From Dicyema japonicum (Eukaryota > Animalia > Dicyemida), in the NCBI GenBank assembly GCA_011109175.1, contig RDEW01000007.1, forward strand, positions 247,712 through 311,711: DNA of 64,000 nt, in the 5' to 3' direction. Within the stretch, counting starts at the first letter, position 1. Each line of letters opens with the position of its first letter. The position numbers were made by a program, and so were the translations under genes. Below, in pieces: positions 36,851 to 51,129 of this stretch. The notes beneath the pieces are model-generated. The model ran no database searches, was not told the DNA's origin, and was given only the letters and a program-made list of their open reading frames with translations.

Positions 36851-37760
36851 CTATCGAGTTCCTTTTTGCTGAATTTAGGACTGTTTCTCTTCTCAATGAT
36901 TTTCATCTTTGAAAGAGTGTTTCGCATATTTGCTTGTTAAACGAGGAGGTTACTTTTTTCCATCCTTCCACTTCCTTTTTCTTAGTGTTGTTCTTTATTT
37001 CGCTATCCAGCACTCAAATCGGTATATAATTTCTGGGGATGACTTTTGACTCATAATCTTCGTTTTGTGGTCAAACGCTTAATGTAGGATTTGATTGACC
37101 ATTCGGATTTGATTAATCTGGATCTTTCTGTTAATACGGGAAAGTCCATATCGAGTGAATTTAGCAAAATCTTTCCAAATAACGTTTGTGTAATCCAGGA
37201 AATTGTTTTATCTTCTTTCTGAGATGAGCGTTTTCTTCATCCGAATGAAAATAGGATTGTGGTCGCCAAGGAAATCATAATCCCAGACAAATTGGCAAGA
37301 GAAACAATGTTAGGGGGTGACAAGGGGCAAATCAGGTGAAGTCGTGTTGTCTTGGAAGTAAACTCCTATGGGCAATTTATGTTTTTTATGCAACCTTTTG
37401 ATTGTCCAGGATGTCGATATTGAAATTTATCAAAGCCATCAATTTTTTATATCATATTTACTTAATTTTGCAGATGAATTTACATTTTCAGATATCCATA
37501 GGTAATGGAAATCAAGTCATAGTTCTGCAGTCTCCAGCCCTCCATAATTGAGAGTCTGAAGGTTAGACTTTTCCTAACACTTGCTCCACCTCCGTTGCTT
37601 AGTTTTCTGTGAGAAGTAACGTATTGGCTGATTGATAAGCGGTTATCTTCTAACCAAATCCAGGTGCTGATAATACGGTCCACGTGTTGTTGCAATATGG
37701 TAGTTTGAAATCCAAACAACGTTAAGACAGACAATGTCATCTGCATAAATTAATAGGATG
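36850..37760 (-). mobile_element. Scrambled LINE remnants (RT YADD piece joined to APE pieces)
   Basis: LLIYADDIVCL near 37750, then HRKLSNGGGASVRK, TTSPDL.LVTPNI and GDHNPI. Confidence 0.55.
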
Positions 37761-38189
37761 TCTTTTTTGTTTATTTGTATCCAAAGAATAGGAGGGGTTA
37801 TTTTGATGGGCTGTTGATATCTTCCATGAAGTTGAAGCCTTGTTAGAAACGTGTCATTGGAAAGCGAAAATCCTCTACGGAGGAAAGAAGCTCTTGGTTC
37901 TTATTCTAGACGAATTGGGCTCCATTTGAAAGTACCGAAACCTACAGAATTAATCAACAACACAACGTAACACCAATTACAATATTGAATTGAAATTTAT
38001 TTCCAAAGACAACAGTTAAAGACAAAACAAGAAATTATGTGATCCCGGCAAATTTCAATATAAATAAAATTTAATAGCACTACAAAGAAAAACAGCTTGA
38101 AATTATTTAAAAATTATAAAATAATGCGTTTTTATTTAATTTAAATAATTCAAAATTTTATTTTAAAAGTTGCCTATTAGTTAGTAATC

Positions 38190-38559
38190 ATGGTTTGTGA
38201 TAAATGTATGTGTTCGATATTAACAAATAATTATGAAAATAATGTTTCTAGGCCAAACAAAGTTGGGGAAGGTAATCACTCCAGACAACTGGAAGTCAGG
38301 GTCACGGAATTCTACACAGGACGGTGGACGGATAATCAACGAAAACAAAGCACTAACAGCCAACAAAGCGAGGTACAGATAATAAAAAAATCTCAGATAT
38401 GGTCGTAACACAGAGTTTCAAACTTGTCGAATATGCTACAGGTCGGTCCACCAACCAGGGGCCTACTATTGTCAGGGATGTGCCTACAACAAAGGCATCT
38501 GCTCAATGTGTGGTAAGAAAATTCTCCCCACAAAAGACTATGAACAAAGGACTTCTTAA
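38190..38559 (+). CDS. CRIPT: Cysteine-rich PDZ-binding protein CRIPT
   Basis: MVCDKC|QTKLGKVITPDNWKSGSRNSTQDGGRIINENKALTANKAR|YGRNTEFQTCRICYRSVHQPGAYYCQGCAYNKGICSMCGKKILPTKDYEQRTS*. Introns of 46 and 24 nt. Confidence 0.95.
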
Positions 38560-39194
38560 TTCTGAAATTTTTTTATTTTATAAATATTGTTACTTCTCTC
38601 ATTGTGATCCGAGCGTCTCAATTTGATCGTTAAATTATTAGGTCTTCGTTTTTAGGTAGAGCAACAGCAAGTTAGATAATCTCAGAGATTCTTTTGTTCG
38701 CATCGAGTCCTTAAGCTCTTGGGTAAAGGAAGAGATCCTGAATTTTTTTCGTTACATCGTAGGCGGTGAACCTGACGAACTTATTTCAGAGGGCCTTGTA
38801 TTTTGTCGTCCCTAAAAAGTCGTATGGGGATTATCTGGAGTGTAATTTGGATGTCAGTTAAGGTCCTGTGAGTTCAAGTTTATAATGGATTTAAGTGGTG
38901 GAAATGGTATGTGGTTAGGATAAAGTGATTGTCTAACATGGTATAAGCTCCACATTTGGAGATGATCACCAATGACGGCTTGTGAGTGAGATGGGCGTTA
39001 GGCCTGGTCATGTGACTCATTCAAATAATGTTTAGTCCTTATTACTGATATATCTCCTCAATCTTTTCTGAGTAGACTAAACCCCAGTACTCGGAATGAT
39101 AAGGATAGTGGCCATTCCATCCACGTGTTCATCCATCATATTTTTAAGCTTTAAAATAATCATTTTCAAAATTAATCAGTATCAAGAGGGAGCC

Positions 39195-39363
39195 ATAAAA
39201 GGATCTGCTTACAAATACCTACCAGATAGTCAAAGTGGTTTTCGAGAAGGGAGATCCACAGCTGATGCGGTATGGAGTCACAGATGGAGGTGTGCAACAT
39301 ATCAAAGATACCGTAACGCCACCAATATTTTGGGAATTGACCTATCAAGAGCTTTTGATACGG
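39195..39363 (+). mobile_element. Short RTE RT fragment nearly identical to 10324-10490
   Basis: AYKYLPDSQSGFREGRSTADAVWSHRW..GIDLSRAFDT, near-identical at the nucleotide level. Confidence 0.8.
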
Positions 39364-39549
39364 CTTTCCTATACACATCTCACTTGTGGATCGGTTACTC
39401 AAAGTATGGAGGGTAACAGACCGAATTGCTATTATCCAACTTAATATCGGATCACGTAATAAGAGATCGATTATGACTCATAAATGTGTGTGTCTCCACA
39501 CAGGAAGATTATTAACTTCTATGGATGAGCTTGATATTTTTATATGAAT

Positions 39550-41640
39550 TTATCGGAAGTAGTACTCTCAACTCTGCTCGTCCACGATAATTGTTGCGGG
39601 AGACTGAATTCAAAGGCAAAAATTAAACGCAGAGGTGAACGTTGCATTGGTAATCACGGAAGGGGATATCGAAATTCTTCTGAAATTTTATGATCGATTT
39701 TTGTAATACCTACGATTTGTTTCTGTGCAACACGGCCTTTCAGCACACAAGACCACCTGGGTAGGTTGTAGAACAAACAAAAATGGAGAGGAACAAAAAA
39801 TAATTAATCAAATGGATTACATTTTGTGCAAGCAGTCGCACAAGAGATTATTAGTGGACTCCCATTCGTATGGAGGAGCATTGACAAATAGCGATCACAA
39901 AATCGTAGTCTGTCGGTTGAATCTTAGCAGGATTTATGGAATGTAATGTGCGAATCATGCACGTCCCAGAAAAACACAGATGATAGCGGGAGTTCGGTCT
40001 CTTTGTATTAGACGCTAACCGTTCTGCTGGACTTACAGCCCAACACTTTAGCAAGCAGTTCAATCGGGTGGATACTATACCCCTCACACAATTCGAAGGA
40101 CAGCCTCGTTCACTTAATAATGTGTTTAGGGATTCCGAGATTCGCGGAGCACTCCTTCGCCTGAATAACAACAGAGCAGCTGGCTATGACAATATTTGTG
40201 GAGAGCTGTTAAAATACGCACTAAACCAGCTAGCAGAAAAGATAACTTTCATATTCAACGAGATATTCAGGACTCATTGTTCAATTGACATCGCGATGGG
40301 AGTTCTACTTCCTTTACAAAAACCTGGCAAACCTGCAGGTCCAATTGAAAATCCCAGGCCGATCGTGCGTTTGACCACTGCGAAAAACATTGTCGATTAC
40401 AACATTGAATATCAAATTCAGTTGACCAATACTTGTCACCAAGTCAAAGCGGATTCAGACCAAAAAGATCAACCGCTGATATAGTATGGAGTCATTGGTG
40501 GCTTACGGCAATATGTCAGAAGTACAGAAAAACAATTTATATTCTGGGAGTCGACTTATCGAAAGCATTCGACTGTGTCTGTCGAGATAAACTATTGCAA
40601 GTTCTCAAGGACATAATTGATGAGGACTTTTGAGGATTGAGCGTTTTTTGCTGGCTGACACGAGCCTCATGGTGAAAGTGAAGAAGGGCTAATTGGAAAA
40701 ATTCACGACCGAGATTGGTACTCGCAAGGGAACTCGCTTTCGCCAGTTCTCTTTGCAATCTATTTGGAAGCTGCGTAGAGGGACGTTAGAAAAGAATTGG
40801 GTCACTTAAATAATCATTTTGTGGAATTAATATATGATGATGATATCGATTTTGTGTCTGAGGATGTGGAGGTACTAAGAACTGTAGTAGATAAAGTTCT
40901 GGAGAGGTGGTCTTTGAAAGTCAATTCAGAAAAAACGGAGTAAACTTCGATTCAGCGGTTACCGACACGGATTGAATGGAGGTTTACTAAAAGGCTCGGC
41001 TCGTTTTTGAGTGATGCTGAGGACATTGCTCGCAGAAAGATGTTGGCATTGTGTGCACTGAAAAAGATGTGGAGTATTTGGACTCGCAGAAAACTTATCT
41101 ACTTAAATCTTCGGATGCGCTTATATAACGCGTTCATACAACCAGTCCTATTATATAACCCGGGAACATGGGGAACATCAAAAACGGACCTTGACAAACT
41201 AGACACATTTCATAGAAATCAATTGAAATTGTGGAAATCAAATGGCCACAGATTATCAAAAACGACACTCTCTACAAATTATGTAAATGCAAACCGATAA
41301 CCAGAGAAGTAATTTCATCACGCTGGCGACTTTTGGACATGTTCTGAGAATGGACGAAGTGATCCCTTGCAATCAAATCATAGAGGATTACTATTCAAAT
41401 CACAGAATTGGATTTCGGGGTAGGCCAAGATGTACGCTTCCCCTCTGCCTGAATAACGATTACCCACGAATTGGCGGTCAACTCAAAACTGGATCTTGAG
41501 GATATTCGTAAACGCGCGAGGAACAGAGCAAGATGGAGGCGGATGACTGGGAGGATAGTGAGTGTACGGCACGAGCGAAACCCTAGACATTTTACGTGCT
41601 TATGACAACGCGGGAGTGCTACTAACTAACTAACTAACAA
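39550..41640 (+). mobile_element. RTE-clade LINE (APE C-terminus, RT, 3' end), decayed
   Basis: NQMDYILC, NSDHKIV, LNNNRAAGYDNI, GVDLSKAFD, degenerate YDDD, FGHVLRM, and a (CTAA)n tail at 41615-41638. Confidence 0.85.
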
Positions 41641-41879
41641 GAGAGGGAGCCACCTAAGGAAACTCAGGCACTGACTGTCCGAAATGATCATTCAGAACAA
41701 GTAGATGTTGTAAGTCTTCTCAAGCAAATGAAGGATGTGATTCAAATCATTATCACAACTCCAATTTCATTTCACAAAATGTCTAGTAGTGTGTTAATTC
41801 TGCCATTGGTTTTAATTTACGAGTAATCGAGGCCACAGTACAAATTAAATTATATGATTCTATGGTTGTTGCTTATACA

Positions 41880-43005
41880 ACATAAAATGTCACATAATCA
41901 AAAAATCTTGTCATTCGGCACCAACCACCAATTCACGTATTCAAAAGTCTTCTTTCCTGGTCTGGCTACAGGAAAGGATCGGTCCACAACAAGCTTCCTC
42001 ACATCCCTGACTAACTTTATTCGCTCTCGATTTCTGTACATGCCAAGACACCAGATTTCGACTCTGTGCCGAGGAAGAATCTAACATGGAAAATCTACCA
42101 ATCAGATAACCCTGAAAACTTCAAACGCTGGATGACAAACTTCCTTAGTGGACGGAAAGATAGAGTGTGCATTGAAAACATTCATTCTGTCATCCGTTTA
42201 TTCCCAAATGGGGACCCCAGGGCTCGCCATTATCACCATTCATATTTAATTTATTTACAGCTGACATTCCGACGCCGAATGGAGAAGACGACCTGCTTCT
42301 GTCGTATGCCAGACGATGCCGTCTTAGCCTCACGGGATCAGAACACCCAAACAGCGACGGAAAAAATACAACACCACATAGGTCGACTACTCAAGTGGTT
42401 TAATGAAAATCGGATGTCAATCAATACCGAAAAATTTGTTACAACTCTTTAAGCTCGGACAAAAGATTGTCGAACAGGACAATAGAAGTTACTGAGGAGG
42501 GAAGAGCATGCCGTTCAGCAAATGGCAAAAATATTGGGTCTGACTTTCGATACACACATGAACTTTACGAGACACGTCACTAACGTGCTGAACAAATATG
42601 AGAAGAAAATCAACCTTCTGAAATGCCTAACAGGTCTATGGAAAATTGGACATCACCCTATACTTAAAATGCTCCTCTCACAGTACATTGAACCATGCAT
42701 TTAACATGCGTGTACTTCATGGGAACCACAGGCCTCTTATACGAACATCCAGAAAATCTCCGCAACCCAGAAAAGGGCCTTCAATCTAACTGAGAGATGG
42801 TATACAAGGGAAAACATTAAATCACCGACGCCCATGGAGAAACTAATCTAAAAAAACAAAAATGGACACAAATGCCAAATAGAAAGTGCTCGTCCGCAGC
42901 GAACTTGTTTAGGCACAATGGATCAACACCGAGAAAAGATGAGAACCTTGATCCAATTCGTCGGGATCACTAGTTTAGTTTTTCGGTTTAACAGTGGTCT
43001 TTGGA
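41880..43005 (+). mobile_element. I-like LINE RT and 3' end, paralog of 1-743
   Basis: STTSFLTSLTNFI, WMTNFLSGRKDRV, nucleotide match to 1-743, and stem-loop at 42963-43001. Confidence 0.8.
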
Positions 43006-43425
43006 ATTAATTTCCAAACTTACATACATAGTTCTTTAATGTAGATTGTGATGATTTCGGACGTGGAATAACAAGAAATAGTATTCTTACATGTGTTTAA
43101 TATTTTATTTTTATTAAGATAATTAAAAAAATGTATTTCAATTCCTTCACCAATTCACCAAACATACAATGATCACATTTTTTTATCTTGTGAGAAGCAT
43201 TATGACAAGATCAGGTCACTGCTAGAAAGTGCTGGGATCACGTGATTAGTTAGTTTGTGTAACCGTGATCTCTGGTGTTATTATTATTATATTGGTTCCG
43301 CATTTTTATATCGTGGTTGTCACGTGATTAATTCTACTATACAGTCATGAAAATCCACCAATTAATTAAAAACAAAAATAGCATGTTTATATTTGACGGA
43401 TAATTAAAATCCAGGAAATTAGCAG

Positions 43426-43790
43426 TTGTCTACTGTGGCTACTATAATCAGAGTTCATACTTTATTAGAGGACTTCCCAGTTCAGTTGAAACCTCTCAGG
43501 ATTACCTCAACCAACAAAAGACCCTACGGGACAACCCCCCTCTCGTGGGAAAGCGGTAGATACTTCGCCAGGAACGCCACTTGTGTGGATGGGTTCTCCT
43601 CAAACATTTCATTGTCGCCAACTCAGCCAGGATCACCCTCAGAAACGGAGAGACCCCCTAAGAAAAAAAATACAAAAATCTCGGTGAAAGTTATTGTTGA
43701 AGCACTCACCGTCGAAATATCAGGGGGTTATTGGAAGAAAATCACTAACCACTATTAACCATATTGGCTCGCTAATCGTGTAAAGGAAAA
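43426..43790 (+). mobile_element. CRE-clade restriction-like endonuclease (RLE) fragment
   Basis: NKRPYGTTPLSWESGRYFARNATCVDGF matches the CRE pattern KRPDGxTxxPWxxGxxLxWDATCVD. Paralog at 58340-58560. Confidence 0.6.
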
Positions 43791-44534
43791 TAGATAACAA
43801 GAGGTGACTCAGCTAATTGAGCGCATTTTCTCATAATTCTCAATTTTCAGACATATTTTTGTAGAATGCTTTGTAGCTTTCCTCTTTCCTGAATGGAAGA
43901 GTTCTAATAATAGATATCTTCATAAGTGGAGTTGGAAAAACAGCTTTATGGCCTTAAAAGACTTGTCACCTAACGGGTGGGATGTGTTTGACAAGAACTG
44001 ATATTCGTTGAGAAGACAAGAAAGACAGACAGAGTTTAAGCCAGGTGGTAATTAACTATTTTGGGGACCTGCACACGTGATTCCTATCGCCGATTCAATT
44101 TAAAAATCACATTTTAAATATAAAATAAAAAAATAACATATCGACCTCTTCTATGCAGGAACCTACTGACGTGGTCCTTGAAATTACCAGCGATGAATTT
44201 ACAAGTTACCGGGGTTTCAGATATCTTTTCAGTCGAATATCTGATCAATTAATTTCTCGGGAAACAGGTCAATAATTATGCCTGCTAAGAACTAACCCAG
44301 TTTATGAATACTGAATACTAAGCGCTTAATCCTAACGAGAAGGGTATGGAAGTGGTAAACCAACAGTCATATCATGATGAAGATCAATATTAATGGAAAT
44401 GGTAAACCAACAGCCATATCATCATTAAGATCAATTAGCAATCAAAAAAATAAATTACATTAAAATATGCAAAAATCTTAAAATATGCGACCTTTGGAAA
44501 TATAAATTAAACAAGACAGCGTATTTACTTTATT

Positions 44535-46359
44535 ATGTCGGAGTCTATTGACAGAGATGAAGATGGATTTGATGAGGAGACCCTAATTAAAATGTTGTCC
44601 CAGTCCAGGCGCCAGAAGGAGGCCACGGATGGTTAATCGTGTGTATCTGCTCGCTTATTTCGTTTTTCTACACTGGATTAATTTGCTCGTTTGGATTAAT
44701 AATAATAATACAAAATCAATTAACCATTAGAGACTCACTTTTTCTTCCAGCTGTATTATTCCTCGCTATGGACATAATTGGTAGACCAATTTGGTTTACT
44801 TTAGTTTTACCTTCAACTATTCTTCTTAAATTTACCACACCAAAAGTTTTGCTGATAAGTTCGGGTTGTTTGTCTATTTTGCTTATTTCAACATATTTCG
44901 TCGGTATATATGAACTGTATTTTCTGACAATATCGATATTTCCAGGTATTTGTTTAATTCACATAGGAATTGGCTTTGGGATGGCCTTCGTTTCTTCCAG
45001 TGCTCAACTCATTGTTTATTTTATTGAGAAACGACATATTGCCATCGCTGTTATTTCTGTTGCACGAGGAATCGGTGCAATTGTAATCCCAGTCATATAC
45101 ATGAGCTATACATCTATTTTAATCCATGTGGCTATCATAATTTTTGGATCTTTAACTTCTATCATCTCATTACTGGGATTTTTCATTAGTCCCCCCAGAC
45201 TATCACATAAAGACGGATCTGATGTCAAAGAATACGTCTCTAAAATGGCCAAAGAATACTGCCAAGACCATCAAAATGAAGAACAGAGAGGACAAGAAAA
45301 TGCCAAGTCTAAAAATATTTTTTGGTTTTTCATCAGAAATGTATTAAAGAATAACACAAAGATTCATTTCCACCTGAAGGAACCGCTTGAAGGTGATGTT
45401 TATGAAAATATGGATGTCAATGAAATGTGGACGAATTTGTTTGTAAAATTACACGAAAAGAATAAATTTGACCAATCCATAGAAGAAGTAATGACTAAAT
45501 GGCTAGAATGTGTATTATTGAATCACGTCAATCGAATAGATATGTTTTTGGAGAGTAGCCGTGATATTATTGCCAAGAGAGCATCAGTAAATATTGACAA
45601 TGTTCTAGCTTTCTTAAAATACCAAAAATTCAAAAATCATACAAAAAGCAACAAATTGTCCATAAAAAGTCTGTAACAAAAACAGCCGATAAACCGAATA
45701 TGAAAAATATTTTCTTACTCATTTCATCTTCTTTTATTTCATTTAGTGAGCAGTGTTCCTTTGTATTCACTACAATCTACTACATAATCTGGAAAGAAAT
45801 AATATAAATGCATTTTTTTCCGTGATTTATCGGTGAGAATTTTTTGTGTTAATATATAGGAATTGGGTGTATGATTGGGAATCTGTTTTCCGCCCTTTTG
45901 TTGATTAAGTTTAACTTTGAACCTTATCCGATGAAGTTCACATCGATGGTTGTGTCTTCTATGTCATATTTGGCTATCGCTTACTTTGCACATAGTTTTA
46001 CGGCCATTATTTATGGGTTATTTTTGGAATATCTTTGGGTTATTTTCTGTCCATATAATTTTAGGTGTGATTGAAAATACATTCCAACTGATCGTTTTGG
46101 ATTACACCGGATTGACTGAATTTCACGTTAATGTATTCGATATTAATTGCAAGTAATGGAATCTCTATATTTGTTGGTCTATGCATGACAGGTTATATCA
46201 TTAATTAAATAGAACCACATTTCTCGAAACTAAAATTTTTCGATATCTTATTAGTTTCATGCGGGATTAGTTTGGCTTCTACTATAATATTTTCGCAGAT
46301 ATTTATTATTAAAAAGTGTTCACAAAGGAATAACCATCAATTCTGATGGGAGATTATAA
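44535..46359 (+). pseudogene. SLC16/MCT-like MFS transporter, copy 1 (possibly disrupted)
   Basis: APEGGHGWLIV motif, GIGFGMAFVSS..YFIEKRHIAIAVISVARGIG, large central loop, introns of 21-27 nt. Frameshifts and an in-frame TGA near 45823 where the paralog has TCA. Confidence 0.65.
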
Positions 46360-46729
46360 CACGCCTAACTATATTTATTTAGTTTTAGAATTTTGGTTTT
46401 TTCTTTTTTTAATTATATTTCATATTTGTTATACTCTGCCAATGTCTGGTTTTTAGGACTGGATTAACTGTGATTACGGGACTATTTGTGGCTCAAGGAT
46501 TCACATGGGTAAGGTTGATAAACAATGGAAGATGTCACTTATAGAGTCGATACTTTCGAATGCATATATTTTGATAATTTGGAGATTATAATTCTGTTTG
46601 ATCCTTGTTTGAGGTAACAAATACTCAAAAAATAATGGAAGTTACTTAGCAGATCGCAAACCTACATCTAGAAAACCTCTATTTTCTTTTTTACTGTAAC
46701 CCTCACTTGTCTCAGTATTTCTCTCAGAA

Positions 46730-47850
46730 TTTCTTGTCAGCCTCGAATCCGTGACTTCCGGCAGTAGAAGTATTTTTCCATTATTCTGTTACACGGCGTA
46801 GTCGGGTCCAGGCTAAGAAGATGTCCAAATAGTTGCCATCTCAATAGAATAACATTCATGCTAATTAGTGCAGATTTACATAGAGCATATAGTTTTTCGT
46901 TAGAGATTTTTCTAGGCCATAAGATACCAGTCAGTATGAGCAGTTGGCTTCTGTGGAATGTATCTAGCCTCTCTAAATCGGTTTTGATAGTTCCCCGTGA
47001 TCCGGAATTGTATATAAGTATTTGCTTGATAAACGTGTCGTATAGTCTGACACGAGTTTCAGTGATATATTCCTTTTTATTATCCAGATGTTGTACATTT
47101 TTTCCTTCGACAAATATCCTTGGCGTCACCTAGTAGTGAGCCGAGTTTTTTTATGTCTCCAGAGTCCGTCATTTCATGATTTGGCTCGTTCGATTTGTGT
47201 GTAGTCCGTTTTTGTAATATTTATGCGCAGATCCCATTTATTTAAAATAGTTTCTGCTCGAAATAAAATTTGGTCAAGTAGGCTTTTCTGGTCAGTACAC
47301 ACAGTCTACATCATCCGCGTATAACAATTCAATTATATCTTCGTATTTAGAACCAATTTCCTTTCTCAGCTCCCTGAGGGCAACTTCGAGGTATAGGATG
47401 AATAGAATTGGGGATAAGGAATCACCTTGTGAGGTTCTCATGTTGGTCCTGAAACTCTTTAAATGCTTAGTTCCTATTCTCACGAATAGANCTTCGTATT
47501 TAGAACCAATTTCCTTTCTCAGCTCCCTGAGGGCAGCTTCGAGGTATATGATGATTAGAATTGGGGATAAAGAATCATCTTGTGGGGTTCCCATGTTGGT
47601 ACTGAAACTCTTTGAATGCTTAGTTTCTATTCTCACGGATAGATAGTTTCTGAAAGTAATAGACTTATTAGTCTTAGGCAGTCCGCGTCAAGCAGTTCCT
47701 GTAGAATACCCATGAGTTATTCTCTGTTGATGCTATCAAAAGCTTTTGTTAGATCAATTTTTAGGATGTAGATAACTTTCCTGTACTTTTGACATATTGA
47801 TGTAAGCCATCGATGACTCCACAAGATATTTTTCTCAAGTCTAGTAAAGA
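46730..47850 (-). mobile_element. RTE RT fragments, partly duplicated around an n gap
   Basis: KIDLTKAFDS, GTPQDDSLSP, YADDVDCV, WQLFGHLL. Confidence 0.75.
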
Positions 47851-48199
47851 TCCTCTCCCTCGAGTGGCTGTAAAACCATCCCTCGCTCTCATAGATAAGT
47901 TTTGAAAGGATCATATTCCGAAAAACAAAAAGCATGGTATCACCATCCACTTTAGGCTTCTAGTGCAGAACATTGCTTGCACAGCCTTCTTTCTCCGCTC
48001 TTCGGTGTCCTTCAGATATGATCATTTCCCATCAACTACAATTCCAAAATATTTCAGGGACGAAACTCTCGGTATGTGAAGAGTGTAAGGCTCTTCGTGA
48101 TGTCTACTCAGCCTGCTTATCCTTAAATAACTGGACTTTTCCATGGAGAATCTCAGGACTTTCCGATCACACCAATCCTGGACTTTGTTAACAAAGCTC

Positions 48200-51030
48200 C
48201 TAGACGCCGCTCTGAAAGGTATGTATTCAAAGACGAATCCAATATTAAAATGTCATCAGCGTATATTATTAGCTTAGTCCTGACGTCTAGCTGTGACGGA
48301 AAATCTTCCATAAATACGTTTAATAACAGGGGGCTAAAATAGATCCCTGCGGCAATCTCCTCTTAAACGATGTACCATCAGAATATNTTAGTCCTGACGC
48401 TAGCTGTGACGGAAAATCTTCTATAAATACGTTTAATAACAGAAGGCAAAAATAGATCCCTGCGGCACTCTCCTCTTAAACGATGTACCATCAGAATATC
48501 TTCCACCGACTACCACATAAGATATCCTCCCAGTCAAATATTCTTTCAACCATAGGAACATTTGTTTGGATATCTTTGATCGTACAAGTTGACAAAAATA
48601 AGGCCATACACTGTCGAACGCCTTCGAAATGTCAAGGCAAACATTGCTTAACTGACTTTTATTCTTAAATGCATTTGTAATTTCGTAATTTAGTAAGTAT
48701 ATACAATTTCCGCACGATCTTCCCGGACGAAGACCCAATTGGCAAGGTCGTAGAAAGTTACTCTCTTTCATATGCCGATTCAATCTTTTTAATACAATCC
48801 GTTATAATCTTTGATGTCAAACATATAAGGCTTATTGGTCTATAATTAAGAGGATCCTTCCTCGACTTTCCAGAATTGAGGATCATCTTCAAAATAGAAC
48901 GATTCCATAGCGGAGGAGCATGTCCGTGCTTAAAACTCGAGTTATACATTTTTTGTAGAACGATTAGTAGTTCATCGGAACCTTCTTTAAACATAATCAT
49001 GAGGATGCTGTCAAATCCAGGAGCCTTATTATCACACGTGCGTATCACAGTTCTGACTTCTGCCGGAGTGATGTCCTCTCTTAGACTTTCCAGCTCGCCC
49101 ATAAAATTAGATATTTCTTCTGAAAACTTCTCAGGTATAATGCTAAGAGGATCAACTCCCTGTATATCCTCGAGCTGCTTCCTGAACACCGAAGGTACTC
49201 TTTCCAAAGGAATTGTCCTTCCCTCATGATCAGCCAGCACAATACTCTTTGCCTTTAAATTTCCATTAGTAAGCATTCTGTACATTTTCCAGAAACATGG
49301 GTTTTTCCAGTTACCTTTTGAGACTTCATTTTTCAATTTATCCTCCGCAACAACTTTCCAAATTCTTTCCAGTAATTTTTGAATTACAGAAATTTTGCTT
49401 TTCAGAGTTGTCCTGTCCCACAAATCCACACTTCGTTTGAGCTTAGNAATACTCTTCGCCTTTAAATTTCCGTTAGTAAGCCTTCTGTACATTTTCCAGA
49501 AACATGGGTTTTTCCAGTTACCTTTTGAGACTGCATTTTTCAATTTATCCTCACAATTACTTTCCAAGTTATTTCCAGTAATTTTTAAATTACAGAAATT
49601 TTGCTTTTCAGAGTTGTCCTGTCCCACAAATCCACACTTCGTTTGAGTTTAGCCTTCACACTCTTCCTCTCGCGAATAAGATTCCGTATCGTAGGTGGGC
49701 AAAACTGTTTGTTGTTTGAAACACTCTTTGAATAAACCATCTTTCCATACAATCACAGATACACCAGCATAATATTAGACAGTTCTCAGTTAAAAACGTC
49801 CAGCTCAGGTGTAGAAAAAGAACTAGTCCTCATTTGTAAGGTCTTCAAAAAATAACAGCGATAACGTCCCCAGTCAATCTTCGAGGTATCATAACAATAA
49901 TAATAATAACAGTTTTTTCACGAGAGCCATAATTTTATAGCTCCGCATAGGCAGGACATACACTTTATTTTTTTTCTTGTGTGGGTCCTTTCTAGACAAT
50001 CCAGTTCCGCAGTGAGTATCCACTGATGACGGCGTCACTCGTCAAACCCTTTTAGCATTGTAGATGCGTGGAGCCTTCCACCAGGTGACCAGCAGCGAGA
50101 CTCGAACCCGACACCTAACCAATATGCCACCCGGTAATCATATTTTATGAAAATATCTTCAACAATATTCGACTCCAGGTTTATAATCACTTCCTGTGGG
50201 TTATGATCACTTCCTATATCACAAAGTATTCTTAGTCTGTCCACATGATCTAGTAGTTGTGGAGATACTAAGACCAATCCCAGCATATCATCCCCATAGT
50301 GTGAGAAATGGTTAGGTTCTTCAGACGTCAAGACTTTAACTCCATTTTCGCTAACCGAATCTGTTGGGAGTCGCCCATCCGCGTTGTTTTTACAACATCC
50401 GTAACTCGTATTCTTAGCATTAAGGTCTCCTACCAAGATCGACATCGGGTTTCTTTCGAAGAACTCAATAATTTTCGCATAAGATAGGGCCAAGTCCTTA
50501 GAGTATAATCCTCCCACACTTATCCATGTCCCTCCACATTTTACATCGACGGACTATTTTTAAATGCTTTTTCATAGTTTTTGTTGGTGACCTGCGTTTT
50601 CCACAGCCAAGTCCACCAAATTTCGTAAATCCTCTTTCAGCAGTCTACATAGCTTGTCCAGACGTACGATTATTTCACTTAACTCCCGAGATACCGTCTC
50701 GGAAACTTCTACCTTGCTCTGCTTAAGTTCCCGTGTAGCACTCCGCTCCACCGGCCCATCCTGAATATGTGATATATTGGTCCTCTTCATCTCTTGTGTT
50801 GGCTTGACTGCTTCCATTCTTGACTCTGTCTTTATGGGGATCATTTTCTTGGCTGCCTCCTTCATATTAGGACATCCCTGTAACGGGAATAATGCCCTGG
50901 TCCTATACAATTAATACAATTTGTCTTCACGTCTAGAGAAAATTCACACACAACAAGGTCGAGTTCCCCTCCACACTTGAGGCACCTCTTCTCCTTGCAA
51001 TGCGCGGCGATATGACCAATTCCTTCACAA
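48200..51030 (-). mobile_element. I/Jockey-like LINE of the same family as 20090-23615, interrupted by a SINE
   Basis: ORF1 knuckles near 51000-50880, APE ILVGDLNAKN and IGSDH, KAPGFD, YRPISLIC, CLDISKAFD, VPQGSI. Confidence 0.85.
49894..50131 (-). mobile_element. tRNA-derived SINE, copy 2
   Basis: Same head, core and tail as 5411-5715. Flanking duplication TATGAT(T)ACC. Removing the SINE restores the host LINE frame KYDTSKIDW. Confidence 0.85.
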
Positions 51031-51129
51031 TTGAGTGAAATTCAAACTGTTTCAAATTTGTTGATTTAAGCACTTATTGACGATAACCTGTTCTTTCGCG
51101 CCTTGGCACATTCTTCACGCTCCCAGTTG

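Larger units (their letters stand above)
43285..46730 (+). repeat. Segmental duplication B, copy 1
   Basis: Colinear with 57828-61575 from GGTTCC(G/A)CATTTTTA to CCCTCACTTGTCTCAGTA. Confidence 0.85.
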
